A DNA stretch of 64,000 bases from contig CAWCUS010000006.1 in the NCBI GenBank assembly GCA_963798845.1, forward strand, positions 608,001-672,000, in the 5' to 3' direction. A program made the translations under genes and the position numbers. Of the stretch, positions 27,391-37,987 are shown piece after piece (position 1 is the first letter of the stretch; the number at the start of each line of letters is the position of its first letter). The DNA comes from an uncultured Gemmatimonadales bacterium (GTDB taxonomy: Bacteria; Gemmatimonadota; Gemmatimonadetes; Longimicrobiales; RSA9). The notes under the pieces are model-generated. The model had not been told where the DNA came from and ran no database searches. It saw only the letters and a list, made by a program, of their open reading frames with translations.

Positions 27391-28545
27391 TCAGAACCGC
27401 GCGCTCAGGAGCGTCAGCCCGAGCGCGGGCCGCATCCGCCCGCGGCCGTCCTCCCGCAGCACCGGCACGATCGGCCCGCCCAGCTCCCAGTCCCTGCCAC
27501 CATCGGGCTCAGCGCGCTCGTCGTCGGCCCGCGATCGCGTCCTCATGGCCGCGGATGCAGCCAGCAGGCCCACGGCGCTGGCCGCGGCGGGAATCCCGAC
27601 CATCACCGCGTCGCTCTCGGGCTGCACGATCAGGTCGATCCCCAGCCCGGCCAGGCCTCCGGCGACGCCGGCTATGCTCACGATCCGGGCAGCGCTCCGC
27701 GTGGGCCGATGGGGGCGCGCGATCGCCGCTCCGACCAGCAGACCCAGGTCTCCTCCCACCAGCGCGGAAGTCATGGCGCCGTGCCGCGAATCGTCCAGCC
27801 CGGAAAGCACCGAGAGCGCGTAGCCGTACCAGATCCCCCACGAGGCCCCGAGGCTGGCAGTCGTCGCCTGACCGGGGCTGATGTCGCGGGTACGCGCCAC
27901 GATGGACCCGGCCAGAAGCCCCGCGACCCCGCCCGCCACCATGCTCCCGAAGACCGCCGGCCCGGACGGGTCGTCGTCGTAGCAGTACTCCATCGCCACG
28001 TTCGCGTACGTGTCGCACCGCCGGCGCGACCCCAGCACCATCGCCCACCCGTATCCCTGCCACGTGCCCCACGTCCCGCCGAACGTCATGGCCGACGCAG
28101 CGCCGTCGCTGATCGGACGACGCCGGCTCCAGCTCATCGCCGACGCGAAACCGACGGGGCCGCCCACCAGCAGCCCGAGGCCGTACGGCGCCGCCTCCTC
28201 CGCCCCCAGCATCCCCGGCACCGCCACCCCCAGCCACAGACCATACAGCGTGCTCCACACCACCAGCTCCGTCCGCCCCCTGCTGTCCAGCCGCCGCGTG
28301 CCCGGCTGCGACCGCCTGACCCGGATCGACGACGCAGCCTCGCTGTCCGGGTAGCGGCGGAGGATGTAGTCCATCAGCGCGTCCGCCAGGTCGTACGAGC
28401 GCTCCGCTTCCAGTGTCTGCGCCGCACGGTACAGCGTGGCCGCGGGATCCACGGGCACGGGCTCCTGCGCCCGGATGCGGATCGGGAACAGCGCGAGCGT
28501 GAGACAGGTGACAGTGGCCGCAATGCGTGCGCGAGACCAGGACAC
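27391..28545 (-). CDS. hypothetical exported/multi-pass membrane protein
   Basis: GTG 28545, signal peptide ending AQ, TPR-like YPDSEAA segment, then Gly-rich TM repeats, ending in F. Confidence 0.72.
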   Translation of the reverse strand: MSWSRARIAATVTCLTLALFPIRIRAQEPVPVDPAATLYRAAQTLEAERSYDLADALMDYILRRYPDSEAASSIRVRRSQPGTRRLDSRGRTELVVWSTLYGLWLGVAVPGMLGAEEAAPYGLGLLVGGPVGFASAMSWSRRRPISDGAASAMTFGGTWGTWQGYGWAMVLGSRRRCDTYANVAMEYCYDDDPSGPAVFGSMVAGGVAGLLAGSIVARTRDISPGQATTASLGASWGIWYGYALSVLSGLDDSRHGAMTSALVGGDLGLLVGAAIARPHRPTRSAARIVSIAGVAGGLAGLGIDLIVQPESDAVMVGIPAAASAVGLLAASAAMRTRSRADDERAEPDGGRDWELGGPIVPVLREDGRGRMRPALGLTLLSARF

Positions 28546-28736
28546 GACGCCTCCATCAGTGCAGTGTCGGGGAGAGGCTGGTGGGGCAATATGGGGCTTG
28601 AACGGGCGGGAGTGCCACACTTTCCGTCGGCCGCCGCGCAAGGCGACGGCGGGCAGCGAAGGAAGGGCCCCGCCCGCGGCGTGCCGCGGACGGGGCCTCG
28701 ACCTGGCTCCCGGTGCAGCTGACGACGGAGCGGGGC

Positions 28737-30278
<1,542 letters not shown>

Positions 30279-30600
30279 GGCAATCCGCTGATTCAAGGGG
30301 GTTGGAGGCGTCCGAAGGTAAGGACTGGAGACGCTTTCGACCAGCACGGGTACACGGCGTCCCCCGGCATGGGTTCCATTTGCGCGTGCGCACCGGGAGC
30401 CTTCTGTGCCCGAGTGCGCCGGGGCCCTTGTAGCGGTATGGGACCCCCTCTAGCTTTTGGGCCCGCCGGTCCACCGGCTCGACCGCACGTACGTCGCCCC
30501 GCCGGGCAGCGCGGGATGCGCGACGCCACCGGGGCGGCGGCTCGCCGGGAAGGCGGCCCCTTTTCGCTCATGCACGGGTGCGTCCCGTGCCCGGGATACC

Positions 30601-32470
30601 ATGGACACGAAACTGCTGAAGATCCTCCGCAATCATCCGCTCACACGCACGCTGAGCGGAGACGAGCGGGACTACATCTTCTCTCTCGGCCGGGTGATCG
30701 GCTATCTGCCCGGCGCCTACGTTTTCCATGAGAGCCAGCCGCGGCGCGCGTTCGGCTTCATCGTGCGCGGGGCCCTGGAGCTCCGGACCGGGCACAGGGG
30801 CCGTGCCACGGTGCTGGCGGTTCTGGGCCCCGGCGATTCCTTCGGCGAGGGGAGCCTCCTGGACGACTATCCGCACTCCGCCTCGGCGGTGGTCCGGGAG
30901 GCGACCGAGGCGTTCGAGATCCCGAGCGAGGGGATCGCCCGCATCGCGCGGGAGCGGCCGGACCTTTACTCGCGCCTGGTGGGCGGGGCCGTCCAGCTGA
31001 TCGCTTCCCGGGTCGCGTCGCCCGGGCGGGTGGCGGGGGGCGAGGCAGTCTACCTGTCGGGGGCGCTGCGCCGCGAGCACGACCTCCTGGGGGAGCGCGA
31101 CGTGCCGGAGCGCCACTACTACGGGCTCCAGACGCTCCGCGCCGTGGAGAACTTCCCCATCACGGGCATTCCCATCTCGCAGTATCCGCATTCTGGTGAA
31201 CGCGCTGGCCGCGGTGAAGGAAGCGGCGGCGGCGGCGAACCTGGAGCTGGATCTGCTCGACGACGACGTCGCCGGGGCCATCATCGGCGCCTGCCGCGAG
31301 ATCCGGACGGGAAAGCTGCACGGCGAGTTCGTGGTGGACGTGATCCAGGGTGGGGCGGGCACGTCCACGAACATGAACGCGAACGAGGTGATCGCGAACA
31401 GAGCGCTGGAGCTGCTGGGCCGGCAGCGGGGCGAGTACGACATCGTCCATCCCAACAACCACGTCAACCTTTCGCAGTCCACGAACGATGCGTATCCCAC
31501 CGCGCTGAAGATCGCCGCCGTCTGGTCGCTGGCGGACCTGGAGCAGACGGTGGCCGCGCTTCGTGACGCGTTCCTCGAGAAGGCGGAGGAGTTCGCGGAC
31601 ATCGTGAAGATGGGGCGGACCCAGCTCCAGGACGCGGTGCCGATGACGCTCGGACAGGAGTTCAAGGCTTTCGGCATCACGCTCGGAGAGGAGATCGAGC
31701 GGCTGCGCACGGCGGCGTCGTTGATCCGCGAGATGAACATGGGCGCCACGGCCATAGGAACCGGGATCAACACGGACCCGAAATACGCCGACAAGGTCAG
31801 GGCGGCGCTGTCCGCGGCGACCGGACTGGAGCTGATCACGAGCCCGGACCTGGTGGAGGCCACGCAGGACACGGGCTCCTTCGTGCACCTGTCCGGGACG
31901 CTGAAGCGGCTCGCCATCAAGCTGTCGAAGATCTGCAACGACCTGCGCCTGTTGTCCAGCGGCCCGCGCGTCGGGCTGGGCGAGATCCGCCTGCCGGCGA
32001 TGCAGCCTGGGTCCAGCATCATGCCCGGGAAGGTGAACCCCGTGATCCCGGAAGTGGTGAACCAGGTCTGCTTCCAGGTGGTCGGCAACGACCTCACCGT
32101 GACGATGGCGGCGGAAGCGGGGCAGCTTCAGCTGAACGTGTTCGAGCCGGTGATCGCGTTCAACCTCTTCCAGTCGGTGGACATGCTCACGCAGGCGTGC
32201 ATCGTCCTGCGCGAGCGCGCCGTGGTGGGGATCGAGGCGGATCGTGAGCGCATCCGGAACCTGCTCGACCACAGCATCGGCGTTGTGACCGCGCTGGTTC
32301 CCTACATCGGCTACGAGCGGGCCACCGCGGTGGCGCGGGAGGCTCTCGAGACCGGGCGCGGCGTCACGGAGCTGGTGCTGGAGAAGGAGTGGCTCGGGCG
32401 TGGAGAGCTGGACCGCATCCTGTCGCCCGAGGCGATGACCCGCCCGCGCGAGATGCCTGCTCGGGAATAG
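30601..32470 (+). CDS. aspA: aspartate ammonia-lyase with N-terminal cNMP-binding domain; +1 frameshift at 31191-31192
   Basis: [10 protein letters not shown] cNMP domain, then [25 protein letters not shown]. Deleting one T gives [12 protein letters not shown], continuing to [34 protein letters not shown]. Confidence 0.9.
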
Positions 32471-32968
32471 CCGCGCCGGCGGCGCCGCGGAACATGATCA
32501 CGATTCTCCTCGCGGTGGCGCCCTCCAGTGCCCACGAACGGCAGGATGAGCGCCGACTTCTCCGGCGCGGCACGAGGATGGACAGTTTGCACTGTCATGC
32601 CTCCGGGACTATTTTCGACGTCGGTACCGGTCCGTTGCAGGCACCGCACAGCAGCCTGGACCTGGCGGGTCAGGCGCCCCTCTGTGCGGAGGTGGACCGC
32701 CGGACCAGGAGCGCGGTCCCGCCTGGGTAGCATGTCGGCGATCCCAGTGCATCCATCCACAGGCAACGTATGGAGAAGCCCGTTCCCGCTTCAGAGGCAC
32801 GTTCGCGTCCCGACGCGCCGGAGGAAGGCCCGGTAGCGGTCCCGCTGCTCCACCCGTGCAGCCGCAGCGGACTGCTGCGGCGTTGCGCGCGGTCGTGCGG
32901 CTGGCCGGCCGCGAACGGAAACGGTGCGGGGATCCGGCTTCGCCGCAAGCGGCGGGTCTCCGCCTCGT

Positions 32969-33862
32969 TCAGCTCGATTCCTCCACTGGCCCGGGACGGG
33001 GAAGGCTGACCCTTTCCTCTCGCGCTGCCGAGCGCGCCCTCTCGAGCGCCGCCTCGACCTCCGCGATCCTGTCCATCAGTTCTTCGTCGCCACTGTGCAG
33101 GCGAAGCTCGTTGCTCCCCGGGCGGGCGGTCCGGCTGGCACGGTGGGCGGTGGCCGCGAGCTGGTGCGCGACCACCCCGAGCAGCGCCCGCTCCGAGGAG
33201 TCGAACGACTGCCGCTCCCGGAAATAGAAGCTGAGGGCGCCAAGCACCTCCCCTTCGACCACGAGCGGGAGGGAGATCATGGACACGAACCCGAGCTCCT
33301 TCGCCGGCTCCCACCATTCCCTGAGCGTGCGATTCGCGAAAACGTCCTCGACCTCGACCGGCCGGCCCAGGCTAACGGCCCGTCCCGTGGGACCGCGGCC
33401 TTCACGGATGCGCATGTCGCCGAGGTAGCGGGCGGACTTCTGCGGCCAGTCGTGGGCGCAGGCCAGCCGCAGCAGCTGCGGGTCGTCCTCGTCGCGAAGG
33501 AACACGGAGGCGAAGGACGCGCCCACGATGGGTGTCACGCGCCCGAGAGCCGTCCGGTACACTTCCAGCGGGGACGTAGCCGTCAAAACGGACTCCGCGA
33601 TCTCCCGGGCAACGGTAAGCTCCTGCTCCCGCACCTCCCGCGGAGGATCGGCGTGTTCTCGGTCGCCAGGCTGTAGTTCGGCAGTCACGGGGATCGTTCC
33701 GTGGGTTGAGGGTCCCGGATCGCGGTCATGGCGGATTTGTGCGGCGGTTCCGCGGAGTTTTCTCTTGACGCGCTCTGGAGCCGGTCCTACTGTATCGGAG
33801 CCTTTCGGCCAGGGCAGTTGCGGGAAAAACGTGGCGTCGTCGCCCGGTTCCGGCAAGTTCAC
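32969..33862 (-). CDS. GAF domain protein without output domain
   Basis: ASVFLRD, EGRGPTGRAV, VEVEDVFA, SMISLPLVVEGEVLGALSFY. Start uncertain. Confidence 0.8.
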   Translation of the reverse strand: MNLPEPGDDATFFPQLPWPKGSDTVGPAPERVKRKLRGTAAQIRHDRDPGPSTHGTIPVTAELQPGDREHADPPREVREQELTVAREIAESVLTATSPLEVYRTALGRVTPIVGASFASVFLRDEDDPQLLRLACAHDWPQKSARYLGDMRIREGRGPTGRAVSLGRPVEVEDVFANRTLREWWEPAKELGFVSMISLPLVVEGEVLGALSFYFRERQSFDSSERALLGVVAHQLAATAHRASRTARPGSNELRLHSGDEELMDRIAEVEAALERARSAAREERVSLPRPGPVEESS

Positions 33863-33980
33863 GGCGCCGCCTGCCTGCTGAGAGCGAGCCTTACCCCGGC
33901 CTCGGGTCGCGGCCGGAGGGTGGTCCGCCTCGGCGCGGACCGCAGCGCGAACTTAGTGACCACCACGTCGAGGAGAACCC

Positions 33981-34268
33981 ATGAACAAGTCCGAGCTGGT
34001 ACAGGCGCTGGCGAGCAAGACCGACATGACCAAGGCGGACGCCCAGCGCGCGATCAATGCATTGTTCAACACGAAGGACGGCGTCGTGACCAAGACGCTC
34101 AAGAAGGGCGATCGTGTCCAGATCACGGGCTTCGGCACGTTCGAGACGCGCAAGCGGAAGGCCCGCACCGGCCGGAATCCGCGCACGGGCAAGGAGATCA
34201 AGATCGGCCCGACGACGAGCCCGTCGTTCCGTCCCGGCAAGGCCCTCAAGGACGCGGTGAAGAAGTAA
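33981..34268 (+). CDS. hup: HU family DNA-binding protein
   Basis: MNKSELV...VQITGFGTFETRKRKARTGRNPRTG...PSFRPGKALKDAVK; SD GAGGAG. Confidence 0.97.
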   Translation: MNKSELVQALASKTDMTKADAQRAINALFNTKDGVVTKTLKKGDRVQITGFGTFETRKRKARTGRNPRTGKEIKIGPTTSPSFRPGKALKDAVKK

Positions 34269-34291
34269 GCGCTCGCACGAGCGGCGACCCA

Positions 34292-34331
34292 AGAGGAGGG
34301 CCCCGGCGCAGCTGCGCCGGGGCCCTCCTCT
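34292..34331. terminator. perfect 40-bp palindrome between convergent hup and helicase-like genes
   Basis: agaggagggccccggcgcag|ctgcgccggggccctcctct. Confidence 0.75.
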
Positions 34332-34351
34332 CATTGGCCGGTGCCGCTCGG

Positions 34352-36082
34352 TCAGGCGTCGCCGCTCTCGGGTGGCCGCCCGGGACCGCGTCTGCGGGGG
34401 GGTGCCCCACCGCGGCTCCCGCCGGTCCGGTCTCCACGGCCTCCGCTGCGGTCCGGGCCGCCGCGGCCCGGGGCTCCGCGGCCGCCGCCCGTCCTTGGCG
34501 CGCTTCTCGCTCCACCGGGCGAGCGTCCCTGGGGGCGGTCCTTGCGATCGTAATCGACCCGCAGGCTGCGCCCGCGCAAGCTGCGGCCGTTGAGCGCCTG
34601 TATCACCGCAGCGGCCAGCGGGGCGGGCACCTCCACGGTGCTGTGAGACTCCCTGACCTCGATCTTGCCGACCTGGTCGCCCGGGATCCCCGCATCGCCG
34701 GCGATGGCGCCGACCAGGTCGCCGGGACCCACGCCGTCCCTGCTCCCCGCGCTCACGAAAAGCCTGGTCCACGCGGTGGCAGGCGGCGGTGCGCCGGTGC
34801 CCGGGCCCTGCGCCCCGGCTCCGGTGCCCTGCTCCATGGCGGGGCCGCCGTGCCGCGAGGAGTCCGCCGGAGCGGCGCGGGCGGTGCGCGCCAGGTAGGT
34901 GGCCGCGGCGGCCACCTCGGCTGCCGGAAGGTCGGCGAGCAGCGGCTCGATGAGTGCCAGGTCCGCGGAGAGGTCCGCCTCGAGCGCGATCTGGCGCAGG
35001 CGATCGCGCAGCTCCCGGGTCGCGTCGCGGCCCGCCGGCTCGTTCACTTTCACGGGCTTGAGCTTCATGCCCGCGCGCCGCGCGATCAGCCGCAGGTGCG
35101 CCAGCTCGCCCGGAGTGACCAGGACAGAGCCGCCTCGCCCGTGCAGCACGGCCAGCGTGTCGGCATCGAACGGGACGTCGTAGGACAGGACGTCCGCCCG
35201 GGTGGACCGGCGATCGGCTTCCAGCCACGGCAGCACCAGAACGCGCGCCTCCCCGGCCCCGGGCCCCTCTCCGGCGACGGGCACACCGCGCCCGGCGAGC
35301 GCCGCGGCGACGTCCGCGACTCGCTCCGGGGTGCGGCAGATCACGGCGGTTTCCCCGCCGGAGACGGCGGACAGGAGCTGGGCCGCGGCGCTCGCCTTCC
35401 CCGGCTCGGGCACGACGACGAACTGGACCGTGGCCGTGCGCTCGGCGGGCGTCCCCTCCTCCTCGGCCGCGGAGCGGGGCGGGATGGTCATGGCGCGGCG
35501 GGCGTGGCGCTCGACGAGGTCCGCGGTCGCCTGGTCGAACCGGCCCGTCGCCACCACGCGCTGCGCCGCCGGGGGAACGGCCTCGAGCACGGTCTCCAGC
35601 GCGGGCCCGCCTTCGAGGGCCGCCACGCGGTCGGCGCCGGCGAGCACGAATGAGACCAGCTGGTCCAGCTTGAGCTCGGACTTGCGGAGGGCGGCTGCTG
35701 CATCGTCCACCGCCATGGCCAGGACGTGGCTCGGGCGCTCCGGCCAGCCGGTGGCCGCAGCGCGAACGGAGATACGGGTGGGAGCGGCGAGCAGGGCGAG
35801 GACGTCGGCGGCGGCGGATGCGTCGTCCGGGGCGGGCGTGAGGATGAGGATGCGAACGCTGTCCGCAACGGGATCGGCGTCCGACGCCAGGCGGTCGAGC
35901 ACGCCCAGTCCGTACGCACCGGTGACGCCCGCGCCGGTGGACGCGTGCAGCACCACGTTGTTTCCGCGCCGGATCACCGGGATCGCCGCGGCCTGGAGTG
36001 CCGTTGGCTGTTCCCATCCCGCGCGCCCCGCGCCGGCCACCAGCTCCGCGGCGATGCCGAGGTCCTCGAAACGCTCCGCCAT
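34352..36082 (-). CDS. DEAD-box helicase-like protein with DbpA RNA-binding domain; catalytic motifs degenerate
   Basis: Q-motif FEDLGI..PTALQAAAIP; C-terminal RLFVSAGSRDGVGPGDLVGAIAGDAGI..VGKIEV and an RGG-rich tail; motif I STGAGVT, motif II AGAD. Confidence 0.85.
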   Translation of the reverse strand: MAERFEDLGIAAELVAGAGRAGWEQPTALQAAAIPVIRRGNNVVLHASTGAGVTGAYGLGVLDRLASDADPVADSVRILILTPAPDDASAAADVLALLAAPTRISVRAAATGWPERPSHVLAMAVDDAAAALRKSELKLDQLVSFVLAGADRVAALEGGPALETVLEAVPPAAQRVVATGRFDQATADLVERHARRAMTIPPRSAAEEEGTPAERTATVQFVVVPEPGKASAAAQLLSAVSGGETAVICRTPERVADVAAALAGRGVPVAGEGPGAGEARVLVLPWLEADRRSTRADVLSYDVPFDADTLAVLHGRGGSVLVTPGELAHLRLIARRAGMKLKPVKVNEPAGRDATRELRDRLRQIALEADLSADLALIEPLLADLPAAEVAAAATYLARTARAAPADSSRHGGPAMEQGTGAGAQGPGTGAPPPATAWTRLFVSAGSRDGVGPGDLVGAIAGDAGIPGDQVGKIEVRESHSTVEVPAPLAAAVIQALNGRSLRGRSLRVDYDRKDRPQGRSPGGARSAPRTGGGRGAPGRGGPDRSGGRGDRTGGSRGGAPPRRRGPGRPPESGDA

Positions 36083-36321
36083 GCCTCACCCTCGTTGTCA
36101 AGATCGTCGAACGCCGGCCCGGTGGCCGGCGGCGCACAATATAGCACGGTTGCAAGACGGCTGCCTCGCCCGCCCCTTGCGCCGCCTACGACCGAAGGCG
36201 CATCCTGCCGATCCGGACCGCCACGTCCCTCCGCACCATCAGCCGTCACGGAACCGGCGGGCCCCGATCGGCATACAGTGAATCGTTCCTTCGATTGACA
36301 TCCAGAGTGAGGGTGAAAGCC

Positions 36322-37921
36322 ATGGCCCGATCCATTTGGCTCGCGGCGGGGGCATTCCTGCTCATCGCCGGCGCGCCCGCGACCGCCACCGCACAGGTGG
36401 ACACCGTCCCCGCCCAGCCCGCCGCGCCGGCCGCGGCGGGGGCGCTCGGCACGGAAGTGATCGCCACCCCTGCGGTCGACTCGCTTCCGATTCCCGCCGG
36501 GACCTACGTCTTCGTGCCCGATGAGAGTGATGACATCGGCCCGATGGTGAAGGAAGCGGTCCACCACATGTTCTTCGCCATCCGCGGGATCGCCGGCAAG
36601 CGACTCCGGAACGCCAACAAGCCAATCGACCGCATCATCATCCAGTACCCGCCCGACAGCGTGTACATCTCACTGCGCTCGGACGAGCCGCCGGTGTACT
36701 CGCTGCGCAACGGCGAGTTCATGCCGTACACGCGCGAGGACGGCGAAGTGGTGCAGGTGAAGACGGAGCTGTCCCCCGGCGTGATCGACCAGTTCTTTCA
36801 CTCCGACGATGGCGACAAGCAGATGCTCTACCGGCTGCGCCCGGACGGTACGCTTGAGCTGAGCGTTACGGTGATCAGCGACAAGCTGAAGGAGCCGTTC
36901 AAGTACACGTGGGTCTACCGCCCCGCCGAAGCCGGCCAGAGCCAGGAGGGAGGTGGCGGCGCTGCCGCCGCCTCCGGGCCGGTCCACCTGGGCCGACCGG
37001 TCCACACATTCTCGATCGTCGCTCGCGACCCCGACTCCGGTGAGATCGGGGTCGCGGTGCAATCGCACTGGTTCAGCGTCGGGGCGCTGGTGCCATGGGC
37101 GGTTCCCGGCGTCGGCGCGGTGGCCACGCAGTCGTTCGTGGATCCGTCGTACGGGCCGCTCGGGCTCGAGCTCATGAAGGCGGGGAAGACCGCCCAGCAG
37201 GCGCTGGCCGCGCTGCTCGTGGCCGACGAGCACCCGGACGTTCGCCAGGTGGCCATGGTGGACGCCCACGGGAACGTGGCTGCCCACACGGGCGGCTCGG
37301 ACATCCAGAACGCCGGCCACATCACCGGCGAGGGGTTTTCGGTCCAGGCCAACATGATGCTGAACACGACCGTGCCCGCGGCCATGGCGAAGGCCTACCG
37401 CACCACGAAGGGTGACCTGACCGAACGGTTGATGGCCGCGCTGGAGGCGGCGCAGGCCGAGGGAGGCGACATCCGCGGGAGCCAGGCCGCCGCCATCCTG
37501 GTGGTGAGCGGAGACACCGCGCTCATGCCGTGGCAGGGACGGATCGTGGACCTGCGCGTGGAGGACAACCCTCACCCGGTGCAGGAGCTTCGCCGCCTGG
37601 TGACCCTGAACCGGGCCTACGCCCGCATGAACGCCGGGGACGATGCCATGACGCGGGGCGACATTCGAGGGCGCGCTCCGCGAGTACGGCGCCGCCGAGG
37701 CCATGGTGCCCGATTCGTCCAGCAATGGCGAGATGCCGTTCTGGCACGGAGTGACTCTGGCCAGCCTGGGCCGGGTCGATGAGTCGCTGCCGCTCTTCCG
37801 CCGCGCGTTCGCCGAGGACACGCACTGGCGCGAGCTCCTACGCCGCCTCCCCGCAGCCGGCCAGTTTCCGGACGACCCGGCACTGGTCGAGCGCATCACG
37901 AACCTGACTGCCCGACCCTAG
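36322..37921 (+). CDS. exported DUF1028 (Ntn-hydrolase-like) protein with extra N-terminal domain and TPR-like C-terminus; +1 frameshift at 37664-37665
   Basis: HTFSIVARDPDSGEIGVAVQSHWFSVG, GAVATQS, GGDIRGSQAA, DLRVED. Deleting one T joins GDIEGALREY...EMPFWHGVTLA. Confidence 0.85.
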
Positions 37922-37987
37922 CGCCGGCCCCCGAACCCGGCGTCGGGTCCCGCCCGGGCCGGACAGCCGCGGTCGGCGCTGTGCGCC

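Noticed and set aside
31189..31195. Programmed ribosomal frameshift or true pseudogenes at aspA, DUF1028 and mutY
   Set aside because: There is no slippery run, both halves of each gene are otherwise undecayed, and the shared motif occurs in both orientations relative to the mRNA.
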